DNA from: Takakia lepidozioides
Taxonomy: Eukaryota; Plantae; Bryophyta
Direction of reading: 5' to 3'
Length of the DNA stretch: 64,000 bases
Assembly: GCA_030704615.1 (NCBI GenBank)
Contig: CM060731.1
Coordinates: 85,002,001 to 85,066,000, forward strand
The notes beneath the pieces were generated by a model. That model did no database searches. It saw only the letters and a list, made by a program, of their open reading frames with translations, and was not told the origin of the DNA. Shown here piece by piece: positions 40,201 through 54,100 of the stretch; position 1 is the stretch's first letter, and each line of letters opens with the position of its first letter. Both the position numbers and the translations under genes were made by a program.

Positions 40201-40847
40201 GCCAGTCCAGTGGAAGAGGTGGGAGGGTTGAGCTCAAACAGGATGTCCCCATCAAACTGTGCTGGCACGTATTGAACCCGTTGCACAGGAAGGGACTCCC
40301 AGTCAACAAAACGCAGCTTGCTCTTGCACCCAGGCACACCTGCGAGGGCTTTCAATTTTGGAATGACACTCGTTATCTCTTGCAATTCGTCATCATCCAA
40401 TGACGGAGTCTGCACTTGCGGAGGAATCTCAGAAACATCCTCCGAGGACGAGTCTGAAAGAGTCACGAAGGTAGTGGATGTGCTCACCTCTTGTTTCACA
40501 GGAACTGTGCCCTTCTGTTGCACGACCGATGTTGCAGTGCCAGGGGTAACGACCGATCCTGCTGATTGTCTTCTCTCTTTTCCAAAGACACGGTATGTGC
40601 CTGGAAGGACTCTCCACTTCCTTCCACACTTGCCAACCAATGGTTTCTCCAAGTGCTCAGAATCCAAATTCCCATCCTCGTCATACACTTCTTTTTGAAC
40701 AAGGAGAGAACCCAACTCCAGTGGGAACACTGTAACCAGCTCATCCTCATGAACAACTGCAAACCCATCGTCGTCTGCAGTGGCAGTCAGTGGAAGAGTA
40801 CCTGCATTGGAATGGAATCGAGCAAGTGTATCTCGCTCCCTCGACAT
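37283..40847 (-). CDS. MULE (Mutator-like) DDE transposase with N-terminal GCM-like Zn domain and C-terminal SWIM finger
   Basis: 702-aa open frame: HPWCRTKTSNIHND..RRSVCIGHCKCQNISC..CRFC...HMGAHEH; WLMFDHCKRV; FMADTAQANFNAVRRVF..CLFHW. Intron ~38825-38697. Then NLAETVHNAW and SWIM CTCPDF..CKH. Frameshifts near 37875 and 37405. Confidence 0.85.
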
Positions 40848-41795
40848 GTTTTCTCTCACTGAACGAAAGTTGCGGAATCCTTGAACTGATAGCCCGCAAT
40901 TACCGAAAGGGGAATTAAGACAAGCAAACCGAGGTCAACAAGGCTAGCTCCAATCCAAAGGTTGCAGGTGATGCATGCAAAGGATGTAGGGATGAGATGC
41001 ACCTTCACTTCGGAAACAGCAACGCCAAGAGGCACTAACCAGAAAAACTGTTTTCAAATACTACAAGAAGTCGTGCTGTTTATGGATGAAAACAAACACT
41101 GAAAACGACATGAAACCATCCATTATGAAAAGACGGCAACAACCCTGGAGAGCAGTAAACAGGAAGACCACAAATGTCATGAGGTTGTGCTGTGCCAGAA
41201 GAGCACAGCACAAACACTGACACTGCAGAAGATACCTCGCACGAATGCGTGCCAGACATGGTCGTATCCGACAGAACCCTTTATGCCGAATGACCCCCAT
41301 GGCGACGGTAACGGTAAACTGCAAACCACAGGGTAGGCAGTACAACACACGTGGATGCATATGTGAAGCATAACAATTATTGCGGATCTGCAAGAACTGC
41401 TCGAAAATGAACTAGCATTAGATTTCTACGGCACATCCGAATTTGAAAGAAAGCAAGAAGGCCGCGGTGTATTGGCAGGCGGCGCAGTACATCTGACATA
41501 TATCGCTAGTGCATGCAACGGATGTACTTTTTTTCTTGCGCTTTATTGCTTGGATAATACGGAGACGACGGAATGGATGAATTCCGTTCGCACACAATAA
41601 CAACACCCGCATCCAAATATGGTTGATAACGTCCAATTTCGATTTTGGTTACATGCCATAGCAGCACTTGTTACAAACGTCAAACTGGAGAGCTCTAGAG
41701 GCATCGTGGGGAGCCCTTGTTTCCAGCGTAGGAGGAAGAGAAGGAAGTCACTATACTTCACGAGCTCTAGAAACAGGAATAGAGCCAGAGATAGA

Positions 41796-42107
41796 ATGAG
41801 GATGGAAAGAGTGGACGAAGAGGAAAATGAGGTAGAAGAGGGAGTAGAGGAAAGTGTGGCGATGGAGGAGCAGGAATCAGCAGAAGAACAGCAGCCCGCC
41901 ATAGTTCCAAGGACAGATGAAGAGGACAACGCATCTGAGGGAGAGACAGACGAGATGGAAGAGGATGTTGAAGGTGGCCTCACGAGGAGTCTGCCTGCGG
42001 GAAAGAGGAAGGGGGAGAGGCTCACGTACACGCTCGGCGCAGAGAACAGCCCGAAGCGCAAAGGGTCCCCGGCAATTGGGGAGTCTTCTGGAGCAGCCAA
42101 GAAAAAG
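41796..42107 (+). CDS. Putative first exon (acidic region + basic NLS-like motif) of the ParB-MTase cargo gene
   Basis: MRMERVDEEENE...PAGKRKG...PKRKG...AAKKK followed by the donor aag|gtga; divergent from the transposase. The link to the downstream exons is inferred. Confidence 0.4.
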
Positions 42108-42409
42108 GTGAAATTCTTAAGACCCACATTTCTGTTTTGTTGCTGATATGAATATAGCCCACACAGGACATCTGCACCACGCTGAAAACACCGTAAATTG
42201 GAAGCCCAAACAGTGTGCAGCAACGCACACTGTTTGGGCCTACCAATTTGCTTGATTATTCAGGTGCGAAACGCCCAAACTTGGGCACTACAGCAGGTTC
42301 AACACAACCCAAATTGCAACCTCAAACAGTGCCAGTTGAGCTGAACATTTCACTGCTGTTTCCGTCTGGATATCGGTTTTCCAGGATATGTATGTCAGGA
42401 CGACAGAAC

Positions 42410-45400
42410 CCTTCAGTGGCATCTCAAATAGTGTGCGTTGGCGCACACTGTTTGAGCTCTACATGTCACGGTTTTCTCCGTGTCGAATTCGCCCTTTAGG
42501 GCACGTTTCTGATGATGGAATAACCATTCAGTGGCAGCTCAAACAGTGTGCGCCAACGCACACTGTTTGAGCTGAACATGTAAGTGTTTTTTCCGATTGA
42601 AATTCGGACTTCCAGGGCAGGTTTATGATGATGAAATAACCATTCAGTGACAGCTCAAACAGTGTGCGTTGGCGCACACTGTTTCAGCTGAACATGTCAC
42701 TGTTTTTTTGGTGTTAAAATTCGGCATTTAGGGCACGTTTCTGAGGATGAAATAACCATTCAGTGGCAGCTCAAACAGTGTGCGTTGGCGCACACTGTTT
42801 GAGCTCTACATATCACTGTTTTTTTGGTGTTAAAATTCGGACTTCCAGGGCAGGTTTATGATGATGAAATAACCATTCAGTGGCAGCTCAAACAGTGTCC
42901 GTTGGCGCACACTGTTTGAGCTGTACATGTCACTGTTTTTTTGGTGTTAAATTCGGACTTCCAGAGCAGGTTTATGATGATGAAATAACCATTCAGTGGC
43001 AGCTCAACCAGTGTGCGTTGGCGCACACTGTTTAAGCTGTACATGTCACTGTTTTTTTGGTGTTAAATTCGGACTTCCAGGGCAGGTTTATGATGATGAA
43101 ATAACCATTCAGTGGCAACTCAAATAGTGTGCGTTGGCGCACACTGTTTGAGCTGAACATGTAAGTGTTTTTTTGGTGTTAAAATTCGGCATTTAGGGCA
43201 CGTTTTTGAGGATGAAATAACCATTCAGTGGTAGCTCAAACAGTGTGCGTTGGCGCACACTGTTTGAGCTGAACATGTCACTGTTTTTTTTGTGTTAAAT
43301 TTGGACTTCCAGGGCAGGTTTATGATGATGAAATAACCATTCAGTGGCAGCTCAAACAGTGTGCGTTGGCGCACACTGTTTGAGCTGTACATGTCACTGT
43401 TTTTTCGTGTTAAATTCGGACTTCCAGGGCAGGTTTATGATGATGAAATAACCATTCAGTGGCAGCTCAAACAATGTGCGTTGGCGCACACTTTCTGTGC
43501 TGTACATGTCACTATTTTTTTGGTGTTAAATTCGGAATTCCAGGGCCGGTTTATGATGATGAAATAACCATTCAGTGGCAGCTCAAACAGTGTGTGTTGG
43601 CGCACACTATTTGAGTTGAACATGTAAGTGTTTTTTTCCGATTGAAATTCGGCATTTATGGCACGGTTCTGAGGATAAAATAACCATTCAGTGGCAGCTC
43701 AAACAGTGTGCGTTGGCGCACACTGTTTGAGCTGTACATGTCACTGTTTTTTTGGTGTTAAATTCGGACTTCGAGGGCAGGTTTATGATGATGAAATAAC
43801 CATTCAGTGGCAGCTCAAATAGTGTGCGTTGGCGCACACTGTTTGAGCTGTACATGTCACTATTTTTTTAGTGTTAAATTCGGACTTCCAGGGCAGGTTT
43901 ATGATGATGAAATAACCATTTACTGGCAGCTCAAACAGTGTGCGTTGGCGCACACTGTTTGAGATGAACATGTAAGTGTTTTTTCCGATTGAAATTCGGC
44001 ATGTAGGGCACGTTTCTGAGTATGAAATAACCATTCAGTGGCAGCTCAAACAGTGTGCGTTGGCGCACTTTGTTTGAGCTGAACTTGTAAGTGTTTTTTG
44101 GTGTTAAAATTCGGCATTTAGGGCACGTTTCTGAGGATGAAATAACCATTCAGTGGCAGCTCAAACAGTGTGCGCCAACGCACACTGTTTGAGCTGTACA
44201 TGTCACTGTTTTTTTAGTGTTAAATTCGGACTTCCAGGGCAGGTTTATGATGATGAAATAACCATTCAGTGGCAACTCAAACAGTGTGCGTTGGCGCACA
44301 CTGTTTGAGATGAACATGTAAGTGTTTTTTCCGATTGAAATCGGCATGTAGGGCACGTTTCTGAGTATGAAATAACCATTCAGTGGCAGCTCAAACAGTG
44401 TGCGTTGGCGCACACTGTTTGAGCTGAACTTGTAAGTGTTTTTTTGGTGTTAAAATTCGGCATTTAGGGCACGTTTTGAGGATGAAATAACCATTCAGTG
44501 GCAGCTCAAACAGTGTGCGCCAACGCACACTGTTTGAGCTGTACATGTCACTGTTTTTTTTGTGTTAAATTTGGAATTCCAGGGCAGGTTTATGATGATG
44601 AAATAACCATTTAGTGGCAGCTCAAACAGTGTGCGTTGGCGCACACTGATTGAGCTGTACATGTCACTGTTTTTTTGGTGTTAAATTCGGACTTCCAAGG
44701 CAGGTTTATGATAATGAAATAACCATTCAGTGGCAGCTCAAAGAGTGTGCGTTGGCGCACACTGTTTGAGCTGAACATGTAAGTGTTTTTTTGGTGTTAA
44801 AATTCGGCATTTAGGGCACGTTTCTGAGGATGAAATAACCATTCAGTGGTAGCTCAAACATTGTGCGTTGGCGCACAGTATTTGAGCTGTATATGTCACT
44901 GTTTTTTTGGTGTTAAATTCGGAATTCCAGGGCAGGTTTATGATGATGAAATAACCATTTACTGGCAGCTCAAACAGTGTGCGTTGGCGCACACTGTTTG
45001 AGATGAACATGTAAGTGTTTTTTCCGATTGAAATTCGGCATGTAGGGTAGGTTTCTGAGTATGAAATAACCATTCAGTGGCAGCTCAAACAGTGTGCGTT
45101 GGCGCACACTGTTTGAGCTGAACTTGTAAGTGTTTTTTTGGTGTTAAAATTCGGCATTTAGGGCACGTTTCTGAGGATGAAATAACCATTCAGTGGCAGC
45201 TCAAACAGTGTGCGCCAACGCACACTGTTTGAGCTGTACATGTCACTGTTTTTTTAGTGTTAAATTCGGACTTCCAGGGCAGGTTTATGATGATGAAATA
45301 ACCATTCAGTGGCAGCTCAAACAGTGTGCGTTGGCGCACACTGTTTGAGCTGAACTTGTAAGTGTTTTTTGGTGTTAAAATTCGGCATTTAGGGCACGTT

Positions 45401-48400
45401 TCTGAGGATGAAATAACCATTCAGTGGTAGCTCAAACAGTGTGCGCCAACGCACACTGTTTGAGCTATACATGTCACAATTTTTTTAGTGTTAAATTCGG
45501 ACTTCCAGGGCAGGTTTATGATGATGAAATAACCATTCAGATGCAGCTCAAACATTGTGCGTTGGCGCACACTGTTTGAGATGAACATGTAAGTGTTTTT
45601 TCCGATTGAAATCGGCATGTAGGGCACGTTTCTGAGTATGAAATAACCATTCAGTGGCAGCTCAAACAGTGTGCGTTGGCGCACACTGTTAGAGCTGAAC
45701 TTGTAAGTGTTTTTTTGGTGTTAAAATTCGGCATTTAGGGCACGTTTCTGAGGATGAAATAACCATTCAGTGGCAGCTGAAACAGTGTGCGCCAACGCAC
45801 ACTGTTTGAGCTGAACATGTAAGTGTTTTTTCCGATTGAAATTCGGACTTCCAGGGCAGGTTTATGATGATGAAATAACCATTCAGTGACAGCTCAAACA
45901 GTGTGCGTTGGCGCACACTATTTCAGCTGAACATGTCACTGTTTTTTTGGTGTTAAAATTCGGCATTTAGGGCACGTTTCTGAGGATGAAATAACCATTT
46001 AGTGGCAGCTCAAACAGTGTGCGTTGGCGCACACTGTTTGAGCTGTACATATCACTGTTTTTTTGGTGTTAATATTCGGACTTCCAGGGCAGGTTTATGA
46101 TGATGAAATAACCATTCAGTGGCAGCTCAAACAGTGTGCGTTGGCGCACACTGTTTGAGCTGTACATGTCACTGTTTTTTTGGTGTTAAATTCGGACTTC
46201 CAGAGCAGGTTTATGATGATGAAATAACCATTCAGTGGCAGCTCAAACCAGTGTGCGTTGGCGCACACTGTTTGAGCTGTACATGTCACTGTTTTTTTGG
46301 TGTTAAATTCGGACTTCCAGGGCAGGTTTATGATGATGAAATAACCATTCAGTGGCAGCTTAAATAGTGTGCGTTGGCGCACACTGTTTGAGCTGTACAT
46401 GTCACTATTTTTTTCGTGTTAAATTCGGACTTCCAGGGCAGGTTTATGATGATGAAATAACCATTCAGTGGCAGCTCAAACAGTGTGCGTTGGCGCACAC
46501 TGTTTGAGATGAACATGTAAGTGTTTTTTCCGATTGAAATCGGCATGTAGGGCACGTTTCTGAGTATGAAATAACCATTCAGTGGCAGCTCAAACAGTGT
46601 GCGTTGGCGCACACTGTTTGAGCTGAACTTGTAAGTGTTTTTTTGGTGTTAAAATTCGGCATTTAGGGCACGTTTCTGAGGATGAAATAACCATTCAGTG
46701 GCAGCTCAAACAGTGTGCGCCAACGCACACTGTTTGAGCTGTACATGCCACTGTTTTTTTGGTGTTAAATTTGGAATTCCAGGGCAGGTTTATGATGATG
46801 AAATAACCATTTAGTGGCAGCTCAAACAGTGTGCAATGGCGCACACTGTTTGAGCTGTACATGTCACTGTTGTTTTGGTGTTAAATTCGGACTTCCAGGG
46901 CAGGTTTATGATGATGAAATAACCATTCAGTGGCAGCTCAAAGAGTGTGCGTTGGCGCACACTGTTTGAGCTGAACATGTAAGTGTTTTTTTGGTGTTAA
47001 AATTCGGCATTTAGGGCACGTTTCTGAGGATGAAATAACCATTCAGTGGTAGCTCAAACAGTGTGCGTTGGCGCACACTGTTTGAGCTGAACATGTCACT
47101 GTTTTTTTTGTGTTAAATTCGGACTTCCAGGGCAGGTTTATGATGATGAAATAACCATTCAGTGGCAGCTCAAACAGTGTGCGTTGGCGCACACTGTTTG
47201 AGCTGAACTTGTAAGTGTTTTTTTGGTGTTAAAATTCGGCATTTAGGGCACGTTTCTGAGGATGAAATAACCATTCAGTGGCAGCTCAAACAGTGTGCGC
47301 CAACGCACACTGTTTGAGCTGTACATGTCACTGTTTTTTTTTGTGTTAAATTTGGAATTCCAGGGCAGGTTTATGATGATGAAATAACCATTTAGTGGCA
47401 GCTCAAACAGTGTGCGTTGGCGCACACTGATTGAGCTGTACATGTCACTGTTTTTTTGGTGTTAAATTCGGACTTCCAAGGCAGGTTTATGATAATGAAA
47501 TAACCATTCAGTGGCAGCTCAAAGAGTGTGCGTGTGCGCACACTGTTTGAGCTGAACATGTAAGTGTTTTTTTGGTGTTAAAATTCGGCATTTAGGGCAC
47601 GTTTCTGAGGATGAAATAACCATTCGGTGGTAGCTCAAACATTGTGCGTTGGCGCACAGTATTTGAGCTGTATATGTCACTGTTTTTTTGGTGTTAAATT
47701 CGGAATTCCAGGGCAGGTTTATGATGATGAAATAACCATTTACTGGCAGCTCAAACAGTGTGCGTTGGCGCACACTGTTTGAGATGAACATGTAAGTGTT
47801 TTTTCCGATTGAAATTCGGCATGTAGGGTAGGTTTCTGAGTATGAAATAACCATTCAGTGGCAGCTCAAACAGTGTGCGTTGGCGCACACTGTTTGAGCT
47901 GAACTTGTAAGTGTTTTTTTGGTGTTAAAATTCGGCATTTAGGGCACGTTTCTGAGGATGAAATAACCATTCAGTGGCAGCTCAAACAGTGTGCGCCAAC
48001 GCACACTGTTTGAGCTGTACATGTCACTGTTTTTTTAGTGTTAAATTCGGACTTCCAGGGCAGGTTTATGATGATGAAATAACCATTCAGTGGCAGCTCA
48101 AACAGTGTGCGTTGGCGCACACTGTTTGAGCTGAACTTGTAAGTGTTTTTTTGGTGTTAAAATTCGGCATTTAGGGCACGTTTCTGAGGATGAAATAACC
48201 ATTCAGTGGTAGCTCAAACAGTGTGCGCCAACGCACACTGTTTGAGCTATACATGTCACAATTTTTTTAGTGTTAAATTCGGACTTCCAGGGCAGGTTTA
48301 TGATGATGAAATAACCATTCAGATGCAGCTCAAACATTGTGCGTTGGCGCACACTGTTTGAGATGAACATGTAAGTGTTTTTTCCGATTGAAATCGGCAT

Positions 48401-51085
48401 GTAGGGCACGTTTCTGAGTATGAATTAACCATTCAGTGGCAGCTCAAACAGTGTGCGTTGGCGCACACTGTTAGAGCTGAACTTGTAAGTGTTTTTTGGT
48501 GTTAAAATTCGGCATTTAGGGCACGTTTCTGAGGATGAAATAACCATTCAGTGGCAGCTGAAACAGTGTGCGCCAACGCACACTGTTTGAGCTGAACATG
48601 TAAGTGTTTTTTCCGATTGAAATTCGGACTTCCAGGGCAGGTTTATGATGATGAAATAACCATTCAGTGACAGCTCAAACAGTGTGCGTTGGCGCACACT
48701 ATTTCAGCTGAACATGTCACTGTTTTTTTGGTGTTAAAATTCGGCATTTAGGGCACGTTTCTGAGGATGAAATAACCATTCAGTGGCAGCTCAAACAGTG
48801 TGCGTTGGCGCACACTGTTTGAGCTGTACATATCACTGTTTTTTTGGTGTTAAAATTCGGACTTCCAGGGCAGGTTTATGATGATGAAATAACCATTCAG
48901 TGGCAGCTCAAATAGTGTGCGTTGGCGCACACTGTTTGAGCTGTACATGTCACTGTTTTTTTGGTGTTAAATTCGGACTTCCAGAGCAGGTTTATGATGA
49001 TGAAATAACCATTCAGTGGCAGCTCAACCAGTGTGCGTTGGCGCACACTGTTTGAGCTGTACATGTCACTGTTTTTTTGGTGTTAAATTCGGACTTCCAG
49101 GGCAGGTTTATGATGATGAAATAACCATTCAGTGGCAGCTCAAATAGTGTGCGTTGGCGCACACTGTTTGAGCTGTACATGTCACTATTTTTTTCGTGTT
49201 AAATTCGGACTTCCAGGGCAGGTTTATGATGATGAAATAACCATTCAGTGGCAGCTCAAACAGTGTGCGTTGGCGCACATTGTTTGAGCTGTACATGTCA
49301 CTATTTTTTTCGTGTTAAATTCGGACTTCCAGGGCAGGTTTATGATGATGAAATAACCATTCAGTGGCAGCTCAAACAGTGTGCGTTGGCGCACACTGTT
49401 TGAGCTGAACTTGTAAGTGTTTTTTTGGTCTTAAAATTCGGCATTTAGGGCACGTTTCTGAGGATGAAATAACCATTCAGTGGCAGCTCAAACAGTGTGC
49501 GCCAACGCACACTGTTTGAGCTGTACATGCCACTGTTTTTTTGGTGTTAAATTTGGAATTCCAGGGCAGGTTTATGATGATGAAATAACCATTTAGTGGC
49601 AGCTCAAACAGTGTGCAATGGCGCACACTGTTTGAGCTGTACATGTCACTGTTGTTTTGGTGTTAAATTCGGACTTCCAGGGCAGGTTTATGATGATGAA
49701 ATAACCATTCAGTGGCAGCTCAAAGAGTGTGCGTTGGCGCACACTGTTTGAGCTGAACATGTAAGTGTTTTTTTGGTGTTAAAATTCGGCATTTAGGGCA
49801 CGTTTCTGAGGATGAAATAACCATTCAGTGGTAGCTCAAACAGTGTGCGTTGGCGCACACTATTTGAGCTGTATATGTCACTGTTTTTTTGGGGTTAAAT
49901 TCGGACTTCCAGGGCAGGTTTATGATGATGAAATAACCATTTAGTGGCAGCTCAAACAGTGTGCGTTGGCGCACACTGTTTGAGCTGTACATGTCACTGT
50001 TTTTTTGGTGTTAAATTTGGACTTCCAGGGCAGGTTTATGATGATGAAATAACCATTCAGTGGCAGCTCAAATAGTGTGCGTTGGCGCACACTATTTGAG
50101 CTGAACATGTAAGTGTTTTTTTGGTGTTAAAATTCGGCATTTAGGGCAGGTTTATGAGGATGAAATAACCATTCAGTGGTAGCTCAAACAGTGTGCGTTG
50201 GCGCACACTATTTGAGCTGTATATGTCACTGTTTTTTTGGTGTTAAATTTGGACTTCCAGGGCAGGTTTATGATGATGAAATAACCATTCAGTGGCAGCT
50301 CAAACAGTGTGCGTTGGCGCACACTGTTTGAGCTGTACATGTCACTGTTTTTTTGGTGTTAAATTCAGACTTCCAGGGCAGGTTTATGATGATGAAATAA
50401 CCATTCAGTGGGAGCTGAAACAGTGTGCGTTGGCGCACACTGTCTGAGCTGTACGTGTCACTGTTTTTTTGGTGTTAGATTCGGACTTCCAGGGCAGGTT
50501 TATGATGATGAAATAACCATTGAGTGGCAACTCAAACAGTGTGCGTTGGCGCACACTGTCTGAGCTGTACATGTCACTGTTTTTTTGGTGTTAAATTCGG
50601 ACTTCCAGGGCAGGTTTATGATGATGAAATAACCATTCAGTGGCAGCTCAAACAGTGTGCGTTGGCGCACACTGTTTGAGTTGAACATGTAAGTGTTTTT
50701 TCCGATTGAAATTCGGCATTTAGGGCACGGTTCTGAGGATGAAATAACCATTCAGTGGCAGCTCAATCAGTGTGCGTTGGCGCACACTGTTTGAGCTCTA
50801 CATTTAAGTGTTTTTCCGGTTTAAATTCGGCATTTAGGGCACGTTTCTGAGGTTGAATTATCTTGGAGTTTACAATGAACACTTACCTGGCACAAGTAGA
50901 TGTTCAATGATCATTTACATGGCAAGTGAAACAGTGTGCGTCAACGCACACTGTTTGAGCCCACTTTTACATTGTCTTTTTCTGTGGAATTCGGCAACAT
51001 AGGACATGTCTGTGAGGGTCAATGTACACTTACGTGGCAGCTTAAAATAGTGTGCGTCAACGCACACTCTTTGAGCCCACTTTTT
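42410..51085. repeat. Tandem array of ~75 units of ~116 bp, each with a perfect palindrome CAGCTCAAACAGTGTGCG-NNNN-CGCACACTGTTTGAGCTG
   Basis: Seen directly. Two spacer subtypes (..ggacttccagggcaggtttatgatg.. and ..ggcatttagggcacgtttctgagg..) and higher-order duplication of ~2.78 kb. Confidence 0.97.
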
Positions 51086-51131
51086 CATGCCTCTCTAATA
51101 TCAAGTTGAATGAACAACCCTAAAGGAGAAG

Positions 51132-54100
51132 ATGCAAAGTGTGGCAGATGAGGTCCCTTCGGGTCAGGAGAAGGAGATAATTGTTGATGTGGACGATGAG
51201 TTCTATGAAAGCAAAGCCGCTGAGATGCTGGGGGTCAGAAGGTAAACTCTCAGCTTGTGGTGCAAAGTATGCTTGCCCCGGTGGGAGGTTGAAGATTCCC
51301 CTGTGTAGGTTGGTTTCATGCCCGTCGTTCGTACACCCCTCGTCAAGGACATTCTCAAGCTGGAGGCCGAGTTTGTGCATGGGTATTTGGATGGATCCGC
51401 AGTCTTTTACATTTCTACTAGGGATTCCAAAGATAATGAGCTCCTCGTGGATCAGTCAATCGTGGACTCCTGGGACCCCATTTGGAGACAGCTGAACGAA
51501 TCCTTCGAACTTCTTCTCTCCAGGAAACCTTCCACCCAGGCATTCTCGGGAAAGATGTTTCACGTTTGGATGGGAACCACCGCTTGCTTGCGTGGATGGC
51601 TGTCATTGGGATGCTGCACTCACAGGAGGAAGAGTGGCATTACTCTGTTCGATCGATGGTGCTGGATTGTGACGGGAACATGATGGGTCTTCTGACGGCA
51701 ATGAATGATGTGAACAGGTTGGTTTCTCATTCTACATGTTCCACTTGTGGTTCCGTTCTTCTTTGATTGAAGACCTTGAATTTCATTCTGACTTGCAGAT
51801 ATCATTCTGCAGAGGAACTGAGACATCGCATGTCAAAACGAGTTTGGTTCATACACTGTATAGATACAAAGGATAGGGCAGATGCCCTTGACCAACTTCA
51901 AGACCATCCTTTCAGCGGAGATGTACAAGAAGTGCGAAAGCTCCAAGACATCGGAAACGTGGTACTCGTTGACCCGTGAGGCTTTCATGGAGTACATGTA
52001 CACGGTGAGATACATCTTCCTTCATCTGGTCTTCCATATTCCACATGTTTGTTTCTGTTTGTTTCCATTGACCTTGTGCTGATGCAACTCTCTTGCATTC
52101 CCTTGCAGCAAGACATTGCAGATGCAGGGGAGCGTGGCAAACTGGAATACTATAGCTCTACCCCTGAGGAGAGAAGGACAGCAAAGGGGGTTGAGAGTCG
52201 CATCCAGAAAGAGATGACCGCTACAAGAAGGACTATAATGAGTGCTTTCGTGAAGCAGTTGAGAATTGCCGACCCATCATTCGGACCGCAGTTTCTCCTG
52301 GAGATAAAAAAACCATTATAACAAGCCAGGCAAGCCAGAAATGGCCCAGGAGAAGTTGCACAGGTTGTCTACCGCCGTTGTGTCTCCAAGACAAAAGGTG
52401 AAGTGGCTGCAGATATGGAACTCCGATCCCACAGTTAGGGATACCCACATGTTCCCAAGGCCGGAGAAAGAGAAGAAGACCCAGCGTGTCATTCCTGTCA
52501 GTGACAATGTGCTGGACACCTGGCTTCACAAGGCCACTTACTGGAGCCAGGTGTGATGTCCTTCCCTGTGTCACTGTCTTTTCTCTTTTCCTGTCCTTAT
52601 CTTTCTATTGCCTCTTACATTCGCTGTGATTGCTTTTGGGTTCATTCTTACATTTGTATTGTTTTGCAGTTGGAAGAAAGGGCCAGATCGGTTCTGCATA
52701 CTCAGCTGGCTGACTATGGCATCAGTATGATAGCACCGAAGGTGTCCTTCGAAGCATACATGAGGAAATGGAGAGCCACAGTGTGGCACTCTTGTTTCTT
52801 TAGAGAGTTCAGCAAGGAGGGTGGCATCAGTCGAACAAATGAGCTGGACCAGCAAGAAAAAGGAGAGGAAGCCTGGAAACGATGCCTTTACAGGTGCACA
52901 CTCTTGCACTACTTATTTGTGCTGTGGTTGCAATGTGTTGTGTGGCATACTGTTGAAGGGGGTCTTCCTGGTGTGATGGAAAAGTTGCCACACAATATTT
53001 CCATTGTAAAATGAGGTTGTCTCTATTGCTGCAGGTACATAAAGTTTGTTCTCTTGGAAGAGAATTGCCTGGACAAACATCCGGATTTCGTGGACCTGTG
53101 GCTTGTCCCTGCTGGCAACCAGACCATGTTTACTAGTGGGATCTTGCATGACTGGGGCCTAGACCATCTTTCTTCTTGTGGTTGGTATTTGGATTGCCCT
53201 CCTTCTGAGACCCCAGCTCCAGAGGTGTCTTTGAGGAGAGAGAATGACCGTATTGCAGCCACTGCCGCAGCAGCCGACCTCGACATTCATGAACGTAATT
53301 TGAGGACTCTTGCAGAGAAGGAGCCTCCCGCTCAGGATACCCCAGGTAGAGGAAGAAAGGCAAAGGGAAAAGATGTTGCTGGTGTTGTTGGGAAGGGAAG
53401 GGGTAGAGGGAAGGTGGCACAAGGGCAGGGAAGTGTTGCAGATATTGGCCCTGTGGAGCATGTCTAGCAGACTCCACCGCATGGTAGGGGATCCGGGAGA
53501 AAAAACAAGGGGTGGTTGATCCCAAGGACCCGTACCATGCAGTGGAACATCCCACGAGGGTCATTCGCCCAACCAGGTTGGAGATGGCCAACGTCGGGTT
53601 CCTTGCCATGATGGAGTCGAAGAAATCTGATTACAAGGGCAAGCCATCACCAGTGTGGGACAGGATATGCAGTTCCTCAGCACGGTGCGTGTTCTCTTTG
53701 GTTTCTGTGGCTTCTGTTGTTTTTGTCTGCTGTGGGCATGGATCGTTTCTAAACTTGTGAGAATTCCATTGTATTTTTGTTTACAGGCTAAAATGACCAA
53801 ATCTTGGGTGAACGGGAAGGAGAAGCCATATGCAGCCGAACTCATCATCTTGGACATCCCTGATGGGTTGCAGTCCCGGATATCCCTCCATCGGGTGCTT
53901 GTCCGGGTTGGAATGCTTTTGATGAGCGCTACTGGCGGTGGGTTTTCTCCTTTTGCAACTTCTTCCTGTCCAATGCAGGTGTTTTGGTGCTCATCCAGTC
54001 CATCGACGGTCGGTGTCGCCGTGCACTTTCCAGCTATTTGAAAGCCTCGGGCATGAGAGTCGTGAAGACATGGAATTGTGTGAACATCATGTACCTTACG

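Noticed and set aside
43361-50751. Many short ORFs (MRQRTLFELP..., MVISYSET...)
   Set aside because: These are translation by-products of the tandem array; frames are broken in every unit.
42410-51085. CRISPR array (palindromic ~40-bp repeats at regular spacing)
   Set aside because: The intervening sequences are near-identical (two subtypes) rather than unique spacers, there are no cas genes, and the context is eukaryotic.
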